Source: Eledone cirrhosa (taxonomy: Eukaryota). Taken from it: a stretch of DNA of 64,000 nt. The notes under the pieces were generated by a model, which was given only the letters and a program-made list of their open reading frames with translations, was not told the DNA's origin and made no database searches. Below, piece after piece: positions 41,075 to 54,707 of this stretch. Each line of letters begins with the position of its first letter. Position 1 is the stretch's first letter. Location of the stretch: contig OZ024747.1 in NCBI GenBank assembly GCA_964016885.1, positions 93,887,929 to 93,951,928 on the forward strand. Direction: 5' to 3'. The translations under genes were made by a program, and so were the position numbers.

Positions 41075-41283
41075 TATATATATGCAGTAGATTTACTTAC
41101 AGTGGTAGACCAGTTTACAATCAAAGGCAGAGGATCTGTTCACCATTGGCTTCTCCAAGAATCTTGTTATTGTTGGTAGTATGGTGCTGATGTTGGTAGC
41201 TGGGAAATATATTTAGTTATTTATATATATATATATATATAGAATATATTAACAAATGGAAACTATATTTATAAAACCATATT

Positions 41284-41349
41284 TATTTTATTATACATAT
41301 TTCAAGGGCTACCAAGGCAAATTATGGTGTGCTTTCATCAGATAAAATA
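41284..41349 (-). ncRNA. Hammerhead in a solo PLE-B-related pseudo-LTR
   Basis: Minus strand tattttat-CTGATGA-...-GAAA-tatgtATA-ataaaata, with a perfect 8-bp helix I. Confidence 0.75.
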
Positions 41350-41420
41350 CAATACAGATTAGTTTTATAAATAAATATTGACATACCCTGAAAAAAAGAC
41401 AACCTTAATGGTTGGAGCTT

Positions 41421-42449
41421 TTATGTGAGGTAAAGCCTTTACTGTGAAAAAACAATAGTATATATAGAGTAATGTAAATGTTATGTGAGATATTATGTGA
41501 GATAAAGCCTTTACTGTGAAAATACAATAGTATATATAGAGTAATGTAAATGTTATGTGAGATATTATGTGAGGTAAAGCCTTTACTGTGAAAATGCAAT
41601 AGTATATGTAGAGTAATGTAAATGCTATGTGAGATATTATGTGAGGTAAAGCCTTTACTGTGAAAATACAATAGTATATATAGAGTAATGTAGATGTTAT
41701 GTGAGATATTATGTGAGGTAAAGCCTTTACTGTGACAATACAATAGTATATATAGAGTAATGTAAATGTTATGTGAGATATTATGTGAGGTGAAGCCTTT
41801 ACTGTGAAAGGATGCAGTGTCACGACAGCTAACAACTGATGCAGGTAGTTTGTTCCATGGAGGTTTTAAAGGATGCAGTGTCTCGACAGCTAACAACTGA
41901 CGCAGGTAGTTTGTTCCATGGACGTTTTAAAGGATACAGTGTCTCGACAGCTAACAACTGATGCAGGTAGTTTGTTCCATGGAGGTCTTAAAAGATGCAG
42001 TGTCTCGACAGCTAACAACTGATGCAGTGGTTTGTTCCATGGAGGTTTTAAAAGATGCAGTGTCTCGACAGCTAACAACTGACGCAGGTGGTTTGTTCCA
42101 TGGAGGTTTTAAAGGATGCAGTGTCTCGACAGCTAACAACTGATGCAGGTAGTTTGTTCCATGGAGGTTTTAAAGGATGCAGTGTCTCGACAGCTAACAA
42201 CTGATGCAGGTAGTTTGTTCCATGGAGATTTTAAAGGATGCAGTGTCTCGACAGCTAACAACTGATGCAGGTAGTTTGTTCCATGGAGGTTTTAAAGGAT
42301 GCAGTGTCTCGACAGCTAACAACTGATGCAGGTAGTTTGTTCCATGGAGGTTTTAAAAGATGCCGTGTCTCGACAGCTAACCACTGATGCAGATAGTTTA
42401 TTCCATGCTTCAGCAACTCTGAGCGTGAAAAAATGTTTCCGAAAGTCAT
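41421..42449. repeat. Fused arrays: 72-bp minisatellite (41421-41808) and CR1-derived 61-bp minisatellite (41807-42449)
   Basis: The unit switch is visible at tactgtgaaaggatgcag. Confidence 0.88.
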
Positions 42450-42761
42450 ATTACTTCTTTAGCCATAGCCACCAGACAAAGGAAAGCCATCTCTCCTTCA
42501 TTGTTGGATGAAGGTGGAGTGGCTGATCCTCACGATGGACTCGGCTGTCAACTAGATGTGTCCCACATGTGACAGTAGATAGAGGGGTAATGTAGAACAG
42601 CAAGGAAGAGAGTAAAGAAGGGAATAATGCAGAAAGGAGAATGTTTCAATAAAAGTGAGTGGAGACAGGCTGTAGCTGTTTCTTCTAGCCACGACAACAA
42701 TGAGGAGTGGTGGTCACTATCTTCTGAACCTTCACTTTCTTGGTGCTGGAATAACACACAA

Positions 42762-44236
42762 GATAATGTAGTCCTAGTTACACTATGTCTGATAGCCACT
42801 AATACTAACTACTGTACATTAGATAATGTAGTCCTAGATACTCTATGTCTGATAGCCACCAATACTAACTACTGTACTGTACACTAGATAATGTATTCCT
42901 AGATACACTATGTCTGATAGCTACTAATACTAACTACTGTACTGTACATTAGATAATGTAGTCCTAGATATACTATGTCTGATAGCCACTAAAACTAACT
43001 ACTGTACATTAGATAATGTAGTCCTAGATACACTATGTCTGATAGCTACTAATACTAACTATTGTACTGTACATTAGATAATGTAGTCCTAGATACACTA
43101 TGTCTGATAGCTACTAATACTAACTACTGTACTGTACATTAGATAATGTAGTCCTAGATACACTCTGTCTGATAGTCACTAATACTAACTACTGTACATT
43201 AGATAATGTAGTCCTAGATACACTATGTCTGATAGCTACTAATACTAACTACTGTACTGTACATTAGATAATGTAGTCCTAGATACAGTATGTCTGATAG
43301 CCACTAATACTAACTACTATACTGTACATTAGATAATGTAGTCCTAGATACACTATGTCTGATAGCCACTAATACTAACTACTGTACTCTACATTAGAAA
43401 ATGTAGTCCTAGATATAGTATGTCTGATAGCCACTAATACTAACTACTATACTGTACATTAGATAATGTAGTCCTAGATATACCATGTCTGATAGCCACT
43501 AATACTAACTACTGTACTGTATATTAGATAATGTAGTCCTAGATACACTATGTCTGATAGCCACTAATACTAACTACTGTACATTAGATAATGTAGTCCT
43601 AGATACACTATGTCTGATAGCCACTAATACTAACTACTGTACTGTACATTAGATAATGTAGTCCTAGATATACTATGTCTGATAGCCACTAATACTAACT
43701 ACTGTACATTAGATAATGTAGTCCTAGATACACTATGTCTGATAGCCACTAATACTAACTACTGTACTGTACATTAGATAATGTAGTCCTAGATATACTA
43801 TGTCTGATAGCCACTAATACTAACTACTGTACTGTACATTAGATAATGTAGTCCTAGATATACTATGTCTGATAGCCACTAATACTAACTACTGTACATT
43901 AGATAATGTAGTCCTAGATACACTATGATGATAGCTACTAATACTAACTACTGTACTGTACATTAGATAATGTAGTCCTAGATATACTATGTCTGATAGC
44001 CACTAATACTAACTACTGTACTGTACATTAGATAATGTAGTCCTAGATACAGTATGTCTGATAGCCACTAATACTAACTACTATACTGTACATTAGATAA
44101 TGTAGTCCTAGATACACTATGTCTGATAGCCACTAATACTAACTACTGTACTCTACACTAGATAATGTAGTCCTAGATATAGTATGTCTGATAGCCACTA
44201 ATACTAACTACTATACTGTACATTAAATAATGTAGT
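42762..44236. repeat. 60/65-bp minisatellite, ~23 units
   Basis: agataatgtagtcctagatacactatgtctgatagccactaatactaactactgt(actgt)acatt. Confidence 0.92.
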
Positions 44237-44245
44237 GTATATATA

Positions 44246-44299
<54 letters not shown>

Positions 44300-44488
44300 T
44301 GTGTGTGTGTGTATTTATATATACGTATATATGTGTGTATACACACACACATATATATATATATTTACTCCACTAATCTGTTGAGTGCTTTATATCAGTT
44401 ATAACAATGTTTAAGCTTGTTGAATCCCAACAAATTAAATATAACCTCTGCATATATATATATATATATTTATATGTGTGTGTGTGTG

Positions 44489-44560
<72 letters not shown>

Positions 44561-44583
44561 GATGATGATGATGATATATATAT

Positions 44584-45096
44584 ATATGCGATGTCTGGAG
44601 AGAAATGAGGCAAGCATGCTCCGTTGGATGTGCAATGTCAATGTGCGTGAAAGCATAGATGTGTTGAGAGAGAAACTGTGTATAAAAGGGATAAGTTGTA
44701 GTGTGTGGGAGAGAAGACTGAGGTGGTATGGGTATGTGATGTGTTGAGAGAGAAACTATGTATAAGAGGGATAAGTTGCAGTGTGTGGGAGAGAAGACTG
44801 AGGTGGTATGGGTATGTGATGTGTTGAGAGAGAAACTGTGTATAAGAAGGATAAGTTGTGATGTGGGGGAGAGAAGACTGAGGTGGTATGGACATGTGAT
44901 GCGCATGGAAGATGACCGCTGGGTAAAGAAGTGTCAAGAAATCCCAGTTGAAAGAAGACGTGGTAGAGGTAGACCACGAAAAACATGGGCCGAGGTGGTG
45001 AGAGCAGACCTCAGATGGTTGAAGTTCACGGAGGAGATGACGAAGGACCGTGACAAGTGGAGAGATGCTGTGCTGAATAAGACCCGTCCCACCCTT
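44584..45096 (+). mobile_element. RTE 3' fragment with an 80-bp segment triplicated (44658, 44738, 44818)
   Basis: Homologous to 35117-35386; ERRLRWYGHV and GRPRKTW motifs. Confidence 0.85.
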
Positions 45097-46004
45097 ATAT
45101 ATTCATATATACACACTCATATATTTATATATACACATACAAACATATATTCATAGACATATATATATATATACACACACGCATACATATATATATACAC
45201 ACACATACATATATACACACACATACATACACACACACACATTTACACAAATGTATTCATATCTACACACATACATACACACACATCATCATCATCATCA
45301 TCGTTTAACGTCCATCTTCCACGCTTGCATGGGTTTGGACGGGAGTTTTCCCACTTGAGGCAAGATTGGTTGTCCTGCTCGTATAGGACTGTCTGGCGGG
45401 TTTTCTACGGCTGGATGCCCTTCCTAACACCAACCACATTTACAGTGCGGACTGGGAGGTTTTTACCGTGTTACCTACACGGCCACATTACAGCGTGGAC
45501 TGTGTGTTTTTTTGTCGTGACACCTACACAACCTCATTTGTTTCGGTCTGGATGTTGTGGTACCAACATAACATACACACACACATATATATATACACAC
45601 ACACATATATATACACACATATATATATATACACACACACATATATATATATATACACACACATACATATATACACACACATATATATATACACACACAC
45701 ACACATGTATTCATATATACACACACACACACATACATACATATATATACATACCACCCCAATCAAGACCTCAACTTAAAAGAGGCACCGAAGGAATCTG
45801 CGACAGCCTACCAGCGTCGCAGGGAGCACCGCATCTCCTCTAGTGCCACCATTACCGTCCTCTTGGTGACACACAGTTGTCTCTTTGATCGCCTCACTCC
45901 TGGACTCCTTGCTGGACGAGGACATCTTCAGAGCAGCGTCTTCCTCAAGACATATCTCCAACTCTTTCACTGACATTCCACCAAACCAGTACTCCAGCTG
46001 AAAT

Positions 46005-46080
<76 letters not shown>

Positions 46081-46167
46081 TATATATATATATTTACCAT
46101 ATATGTGTTTATATATATATATATATATGTATATAACATATATAAACACATGTATATACATATATAA

Positions 46168-46234
<67 letters not shown>

Positions 46235-46298
46235 GTATAGGATTAAGCACACGGAATAAATTACCTTTTTTTTTTATGATGTCTACCTGTTATTATTC

Positions 46299-46366
<68 letters not shown>

Positions 46367-46371
46367 AACCC

Positions 46372-46411
<40 letters not shown>

Positions 46412-46858
46412 ACATATATACTTATATATATAAACACATATATACATATATATATATATAAACACATATATACATATATATATATAAACACATATATACA
46501 TATATATATATATAAACACATATACACACATATATATATATATATATACATGTAAAGTTATATTTAAAATTGTTGGGTTACAACTAGTAAATATTTATAA
46601 CTGATATAAAAGCACTCGACAAATATTTGGAGTATATTTACAATATTAAATAAATGGAAAACTATATTTATAAAACCATATTTATTTCATTATATATATT
46701 TCGGGGATATCATATTAACAATATGCTATGCCTTCATCAGACAAAATACAATATAAACAGTTTTATAGATAAATATATTCGACATACCGTAATAAACATC
46801 AACTTCATTTGAAGAGGTTCACTCTAGCAGTGAAAATACAGAGAGAAAGAAAGAGATA

Positions 46859-48307
46859 TAGCTTGATATAGCTAACTATTATTCTTCTATTACCCCTAGT
46901 CTACTAAATAAGGCACTAAATTACGCATTCAAACATACGGACCTAACTAGCAAAGAAATGCATATTATATTATCGGCTAGGAAAACTTTGATAGAATTTG
47001 ATGACAAATTATGGACCAGAGCAGATAGAGATAGCAATTTTGACATAACTATGGGATCTTCCGACTCAGCTCAAGTAACTGACCTTGTGGGCTTATTTTT
47101 AATCAATTCGCTACATAGGAAAATACCTGGTACTACCGGAGGTTTATATAGGGATGACATGCTTTTACTTATTAATAATAATAACCCTGAACTAAATAGA
47201 AAATGTAAACAAATTACAAAATTTTTTAATTACTTTAACCTTAAAATAGAAATTGAGAACAACCATAGAATAGTCAATTTCCTAGATATAACATTAAATC
47301 TCAACACATGTCTCCACTATCCTTTTCACAAGTTGAATGAAAACTTAAACTATGTCAACTTTAACTCTAACCACCCCAGATCTGTCAAAAACACTATAGT
47401 AAACTCAGTCCAAAAACGTATCTCTAGGATCTCGTCGAATAGAAAGATTTTTGACGAAAAGGCCCAATACTATAATGATGCACTAGCTAGGGCAGGGTAT
47501 GCTGATAAGATTGTGTACATAGATAATGATAAACAAACTAAACAAAGTAACAACTTTTTTAATTATGGCAACAACATTAACAACTATAATAGAAAGCATT
47601 ACAATAATTCCAAAGGACAAAAAAGAAATAGAACTAGGAACATAATTTGGTTTGCCCCCCCTTTCTCACTAAACATTAAAACCCACATCGCTAAATTATT
47701 TTTCAAAGCTCTTGATAATCGCTTCCCTAGAACACATAGGTACCACTCAATCTTCAATAGGCATACAATTAAATTAACCTACTCATCCACCAAAAATTTA
47801 GCACAAAATATTAATAGAATAAATAATAGGAACTTAAAACCTACTGATAATAGCATAAATAATATACAAGTTAACAAATGTAACTGTAGAGATAGATCTA
47901 AATGTCCGTTAAATAACAACTGCTTAGTTAAAAATATAGTATACAATTGTAATGTTAATACTGACTCTAATTCTTTTAACTACGTCGGTTCCACATCGAC
48001 GGAATTTAAACTTCGCTATAATAACCACAAGAATTCTTTCACAGATCCAAATAAAAAATCTTCAACGGCACTATCAGGTGTACTCTGGCAACTTAAGCTA
48101 GATAACGTTAGATATTCGACGGCTTGGAATATAGTCTCAAGAGGGATTCCTTTTAATTCATCCTCTGAGACATGTGACCTCTGCGCAGAGGAGATATTCT
48201 TTATACTAAAATCTAAAAATTCCCTTAACCTACGGACAAATTTATTCAGTTGTTGCAAACATAGATTAAACTCAACGTTTAAATATAAATTTAAATTTAA
48301 AATGTAG
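46859..48307 (+). CDS. PLE-B RT plus GIY-YIG, 5'-truncated at RT motif A
   Basis: LDIANYYSSIT, MGSSDSA, GLYRDD, FLDITL, CNCRDRSKCPLNNNC, IVY..YVG, CDLC, CCKH; same clade as ORF 3498. Confidence 0.9.
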
Positions 48308-49511
48308 TATATTTAGTTTGATTTATATTTATATGAGAACTAGCCGATAAATCTTTTGATTCCTAAATCTTTGATTCCCTCTTTTTACTCTTTTTATTGT
48401 TTATTTTATTTTATTTATTTTTATTATTATTTTTTTATTTTTATTTTTATTTTTATTTTTATTTTTATTTTTATTTTTATTTTTATTTTTATTTTTATCT
48501 AAACATTCCTCATGAAAAATTAAGCTACCCTAAAAGCCGATGCTCCAAATTTTCTGAATTAACCTTACACTTGATAAACTTATATATTAAATATAGGAAC
48601 ATATGTAGACATTATTGGACATCATAATCTTTTTTTGCGATATTCCTTGCTAGATGTGATTTGATAGATAATTTTTGGCTTTGTCTTGTAGTGAACTTGG
48701 CAATATATTGTCAATTAACCTTGAAGGGTTGTTCTTTGTGGTTTATTTTTATTTTCATTTTTATTTTTATTTTTATTTTTATTTTTATTTTTATTTTTAT
48801 TTTTATTCTTTTAGTATTGTAGTATTCTATAATATTTTTATATTTTTATTTTTTATTTTATTTTATTTTTATTTTTAATATTTTTATATGTAAATTTTTT
48901 TTATATGTAAATTTTTATTTTTAATATTTTTAATATTTTTATATGTAAAGTTTTAATACGTAATATTTTTAATACGTAGTATTTTTAATATGCAATATTT
49001 TTATTATGTAATATTCTTTCGTAATATTCTTTTTTAGTTTTCTATTCTATATTTTTATATTTTTATATATTTTTACTTATTATCATTATTATTGTTATCT
49101 CTGCTTATAATATAATATATATTTTCGATTAGTATATTGAAATCTGCTCTCTATTTCTGCTTGATAGATAATCTTGTAGAGTAATCGCAAGAATAATAAT
49201 ACGCTCAAATTTTTATACCACATTGAGAATGTTTTCCGGTAACTTTGAATTTGCGGAGTGAATCAGTTGGATTCACATAGACATATGAATTTTTTTAAAA
49301 AACTAAACATAAGATAATGAATTTTCACGCATTGTGAATACTTGTTTCATTCAGGAATACTGATATTTACAATATAGTGTAAGTTTTATAAATACTAATA
49401 CATTAAAACATAGGGTTTTCTACGCCTCGAATATGTCTGGCTATTTTTAAATTTTTCTCTCTCTATATCTCTCTATATCTCTCTATATCTCCCTTACATT
49501 AATACTTGAGC

Positions 49512-49546
<35 letters not shown>

Positions 49547-49911
49547 ATGCATCATTGATACACTTACTCAAAATGACCTCCCACTACCTAATTTTTCTAT
49601 ATCTATATTTATATATGTATCTATCTCTATTTCCTCTCTCTCTCTCTCTATATATATATCTCTTTCGGTCTCTTTACATGAAGCTCTTCGCTTTATCTAT
49701 TTTTCCATCTCTCTATTTTGTCCCATGCATTTCTTCTTTTTCTTCCTTTTCTTCCTTTTCTTCATTTTGTCTTTCTTTCTTTCTTATTTCCCTCTTTTCT
49801 CTCTCTCTTTCTTTCTCTCTGTATTTTCACTGCTAGAGTGAACCTCTTCAAATGAAGTTGATGTTTATTACGGTATGTCGAATATATTTATCTATAAAAC
49901 TGTTTATATTG

Positions 49912-49977
49912 TATTTTGTCTGATGAAGGCATAGCATATTGTTAATATGATATCCCCGAAATATATATAATGAAATA
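49912..49977 (+). ncRNA. Type I hammerhead (PLE-B); predicted cleavage after 49969
   Basis: tattttgt-CTGATGA-aggcatagcatatt/aatatgatatcccc-GAAA-tatatATA-atgaaata. Confidence 0.75.
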
Positions 49978-50010
49978 AATATGGTTTTATAAATATAGTT
50001 TTCCATTTAT

Positions 50011-50076
<66 letters not shown>

Positions 50077-50276
50077 ACATATATACTTATATATATATAT
50101 ATAAACACATATATATATATATAAACACATACACACACATATATATATATAAACACATATATACATATATATATATATAAACACATATATACTTATATAT
50201 ATAAACACACATATATATATATATATAAACACATATATACACTTATATACATATATATATATATAAACACATATAT

Positions 50277-50330
<54 letters not shown>

Positions 50331-50875
50331 ACATATATATATATATATAAACACATATACATATATATATATATATATATAAACATTGTTATACTTGGGG
50401 AGGGTCATATTTGTGTAATATTGCCAGAATTAATAACAGAACACACTCACTGTTTGGTTGGTTTTCGCTTCTCGCTGTCTTTTATATCTGTACTCTAGCT
50501 TACTCGGTCCTCAATGTTGCCATTGACTGACCGACGGTCAAAATAATACAGATACAATATAGACACAAACACATATATATAGTTTACATAATTTACATAA
50601 ATCTTTCGTTGCACATCTGCAACATCGTCAGTGGTGTTATATTTTCCTCCTGTTGTGTTGTATGTCTACGCCATTTTTTATTCAGTCTGTCTCTATATTT
50701 ATTTATTTATTTGCTTGTTTGTTTATTTTATTTTGTCTTCTTTGCACATGCGTTTGCGTGTGTGTATAGTGTTATGTTTGCTGGGTGACTAGTGTGTGTT
50801 TATGTGCTTGTGTATGTATTTATTTATCTTATTTTATTTACTTATTTATACTTCTCTTAGAGAAGTATAAATAAG

Positions 50876-53800
50876 TAATGCCGAAATTTTCTGCAAAAAT
50901 TGACGAAATTTTCGGTAAAAAATGACGAAATATTCGGGAAAAAACGATGAATTTTCGGCAAAAATTAACGAAATTTTAGGAAAAAAATGAGGAAATTTTC
51001 CAAAAAAATGACGAAATTTTCGGGGAAAAATTAGGAAATTTTCGGAGATATTGACCAAATTTTCGGCAAAAATTGACGGAGTTTTCGGGAAAAAATGCCG
51101 AAATGTTCAGAATAAATTGATAAATTTTTCGGCAAAAATTGATGAAATTTTCGACAAAAATTGACGAAATTTTCGGGGAAAAATGCCGAAATTTTCGGCA
51201 AAAATTGACGAAATTTTCGGGAAAAAATGATGAAATTTTCGGCAAAAATTGACGAAATTTTCGGCAAAAAATGACGAAATTTTCGAGAAAAAATAACGAA
51301 ATTTTCGGGACAAAATTACGAAATTTTCGGGAAAATATGAGGAAATTTTCCGCAAAAATTGACGAAATTTTTGGGAAAAAATGACAAAAATTTCGAGAAA
51401 AAATGATGGAATTTTCAACAAATTTTAGAGAAAAAATGATGAAATTTTCGACAAATTTTCGACAAATTTTTTCCTGAAAATCTCAGCATTTTTTCCCGAA
51501 AATTTCGGCATTTTTTCGCGAAAATTTCGTCAGTTTTTTCAGAAGATTTCGTCATCTTTCCCCGAAAATTTCTTTTTTTTCCCCGAAAATTTAGTCACTC
51601 TTTCTCGAATATTTTGTAAGTTTTTATCGAAAAAATGACGGGAAAAAATGCCAAAATTTTTGGCAAAAATTGACGAAATATTCGGGAAAAAATGCCGAAA
51701 TTTTCTGCAAAAATTGACGAAATTTTCGGGAAAAAATGACGAAATTTTCGGGAAAAAATGACGAAATTTTCGGGAAAAAATGATGAAATTTTCAGGAAAA
51801 AATGACGAAATTTTCTGGAAAAAATGACGCAATTCTCTGCAAAAATTGACGAAATTTTCGGGAAAAAATGACGAAATTTTCGGCAAAAATTGACGAAATA
51901 TTCCGCAAAAATTGACGAAATTTTTGGGGAAAAATGACGAAAATTTTCGAGAAAAAATGATGAAATTTTCGACAAAAATTGACGAAATTTTCGATAAAAA
52001 ATTACGAAATATTCGGGAAAAAGTGACTAAATTTTCGTGAAAAAATGCCGAAATTATCGGGGAAAAATGACGAAATTTTCGGAAAAAACTGAAGAAATTT
52101 TCTGGAAAAATTGACGAAATTTTCGGCATTAATTGACGAAATTTTTGGGAAAAATTGACGAAATTTTCGCGAAAAAATCCCGAAATTTTCGGGGAAAAAT
52201 GCCGAGATTTTACTTGAAAAATGACGAAATTTTTGGCAAAAAATGACGAAATTTTCGCGAAAAGATGCCGAAATTTTCAGCAAAAATTTACGAAATTTTC
52301 GGGAAAAATTGACAAAATTTTCGGCAAAATATGACGAAATTTTCGGCAAAAATTGACGAAATTTTCGGGAAAAAATTGACGAAATTTTCGGCAAAAATTG
52401 ACGAAATTTTCGGGAAATAATGCCGAAATTTTCGGCAAAAAATGACGAAATTTTCAGGAAAAATTGACGCAATTTTCGGGAAAAAATTGACGAAATTTTC
52501 GGCAAAAATTGACGAAATTTTCGGGAAAAAATGACTAAATTTTCGGGAAAAAATGAGGAAATTTTCGGCAAAAATTGACGAAATTTTCTAGAAAAAATGA
52601 GGAAATTTTCGGCAAAAATTGACGAAATTTTCTAGAAAAAATGAGGAAATTTTAGGGAAAATAGGAGGAAATTTTCGGCAAGAATTGATGAAATTTTTGG
52701 CTAAAATTGACGAAATTTTCGGGAAAAAATGACGAATTTTCGTCATTTTTTGCGGAAAATTTCGTCAATTTTTGTAGAAAATTTTGGCATTTTTTCCCGA
52801 AAATTTCGTCAATTTTTGCCGAAAATTTCGTCATTTTTCCCCCAAAATTTCGGCATATTTTGCCGAAACTTTCGGAATTTTTGACGAAAATTTCGGAATT
52901 TTTGAGAGAAAATTTAGTCACTTTTTCCCGAATATTTCGTAAATTTTTATCGAAAATTTCGTCAATTTTTGTCACAAATTTCATCATTTTTTCAATTCTT
53001 GCCGATATTTCATCAATTCTTGCCGAAAATTCATCAATTCTTGCCGAAAATTTCCCCCTATTTTCCCGAAAATTCGTAGATCTGTCCCAAAAATTTCGTC
53101 ATTTTTTCTCGAAAATTTGTCAGTTTTTCCCGAGAATTTCGGAATTTTAGCCCTAAAATTCCGTCTTTTTTTCCCGAAAACTTCGTTAATTTTTGCAGAA
53201 AATTTCGTCATTTTTTCCCGAAAATTTTGTCATTTTCCCCCGAAAATTTCGTCATTTTTTCCCGAAATTTCGTCCATTTTTGCCGAAAATTTCGGCATTT
53301 TTTCTCGAAAATTTCGTCAATTTTTTCCGAAAATTTCGGCATTTTTTCCCGAAAATTTCGTCATTTTTTCCCCAAATTTCGTCAGTTTTTGTCGAAAATT
53401 TCATCAAATTTTGCCCGAAAATTTCGTCAATTTTTGCCGAAAGTTTCGTCATTTTTGGCCGAAAATTTCATCATTTTTTGCCGAAGATTTCGTCATTTTT
53501 TCCCGAAAATTTCGGCATTTTTTCCCGAAAATTTGGGCATTTTTCCCCGAAAATTTCGTCAATTTATCCCCAAAATTTCGTCAATATTTGCCAAAAATTT
53601 CATTATTTTTCCCCGAAAATTTCGTCAATTTTTTCCAGAAAATTTCGTCCATTTTTTCCGGAAATTTCGGCATTTTTTCGCGAAAATTTCGTCAATTTTT
53701 CCCGAAAATTTCGGCATTTTTTCCCGAAAATTTCGTCATTTTTTCCCCCAATTTCGTCAGTTTTTGTCGAAAATTTCATCAAATTTTGCCCGAAAATTTC

Positions 53801-54456
53801 GTCAATTTTTGCCGAAAATTTCGTTACTTTTTGCCGAAAATTTCATCATTTTTTGCCGAAGATTTCGTCATTTTTTCCCGAAAATTTCGGCATCTTTTCG
53901 CAAAAATTTGGGCAATTTTTCCCGAAAATTTCGTCAATTTATCCCCAAAATTTCGTCATGTTTTGCCCAAAATTTGTTTATTTTTCCCCGAAAATTTCGT
54001 CCATTTTTTCCGGAAATCTCGGCATTTTTTCGCGAAAATTTTGTCAATTTTTACCGAAAATTTAGGCATTTTTCCCCGAAAATTTCGTCATTTTTTCCCC
54101 AAATTTCGTCAGTTTTTGTCGAAAATTTCATCAAATTTTACCCGAAAATTTGGTCAATTTTGCCGAAAATTTCGTCATTTTTTACCGAAAATTTCATCAT
54201 TTTTTGCCGAAAATTTCGGCATTTTTTCCCGAAAATTTGGGCATTTTTTCCCGAAAATTTCGTCAATTTATCCTCAAAATTTCGTCATGTTTTGCCAAAA
54301 ATTTCATTATTTTTCCCAGAAAATTTCGGCATTTTTTCCCGAAAATTTCGTCATTTTTTGCCGAAAATTTCGTCAATTTTTGCCGAAAATTTCGTCAATT
54401 TTTGCCGGAAATTTCATCACTTTTCCCCGAAAATTTCGGCATTTTATCCCGAAAAA
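50876..54456. repeat. Degenerate ~22-23-bp satellite (gacgaaattttcggcaaaaatt) with internal inversions
   Basis: Orientation flips near 51465, 51630 and 52735. Confidence 0.92.
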
Positions 54457-54707
54457 AAACGGACCGCCCCATAAAAAAACGTGGCACCCAAATAAAAAAC
54501 GGACCCCCCATAAAATAACGAGGCACCCAAATAAAAAACGGGGCACCCAAATAAAAACGGAACCCCCCATAAAAAACGGGGCACCCCATAAAAATACGGG
54601 ACACCAAATAAAAAACGCCCCCCGCATAAAATAACGGGGCACGCAATAAAAAACGGGGAACCCAAATAAAAAACGGACCCCTCCATAAAAAAAACGGGGC
54701 ACCCAAA
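54452..54707. repeat. ~21-bp minisatellite (aaaaaacggggcacccaaat)
   Basis: ~12 degenerate units between the two large satellites. Confidence 0.85.

Larger units (their letters stand above)
46549..50018 (+). mobile_element. PLE family B insertion: short inverted arm 46549-46857 plus 5'-truncated main arm
   Basis: 46640-46855 is the reverse complement of 49804-50018; hammerheads at 46683-46748 (-) and 49912-49977 (+). Confidence 0.93.

Noticed and set aside
42762-44236. CRISPR-like regular repeats (also the 61- and 72-bp arrays)
   Set aside because: Units are head-to-tail with no unique spacers, there are no cas genes, and the context is eukaryotic.
50846-54706. Long ORFs up to 505 aa (FPENF/KISS repeats)
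   Set aside because: Open in several frames on both strands because the satellite unit lacks stops; no domain signal.
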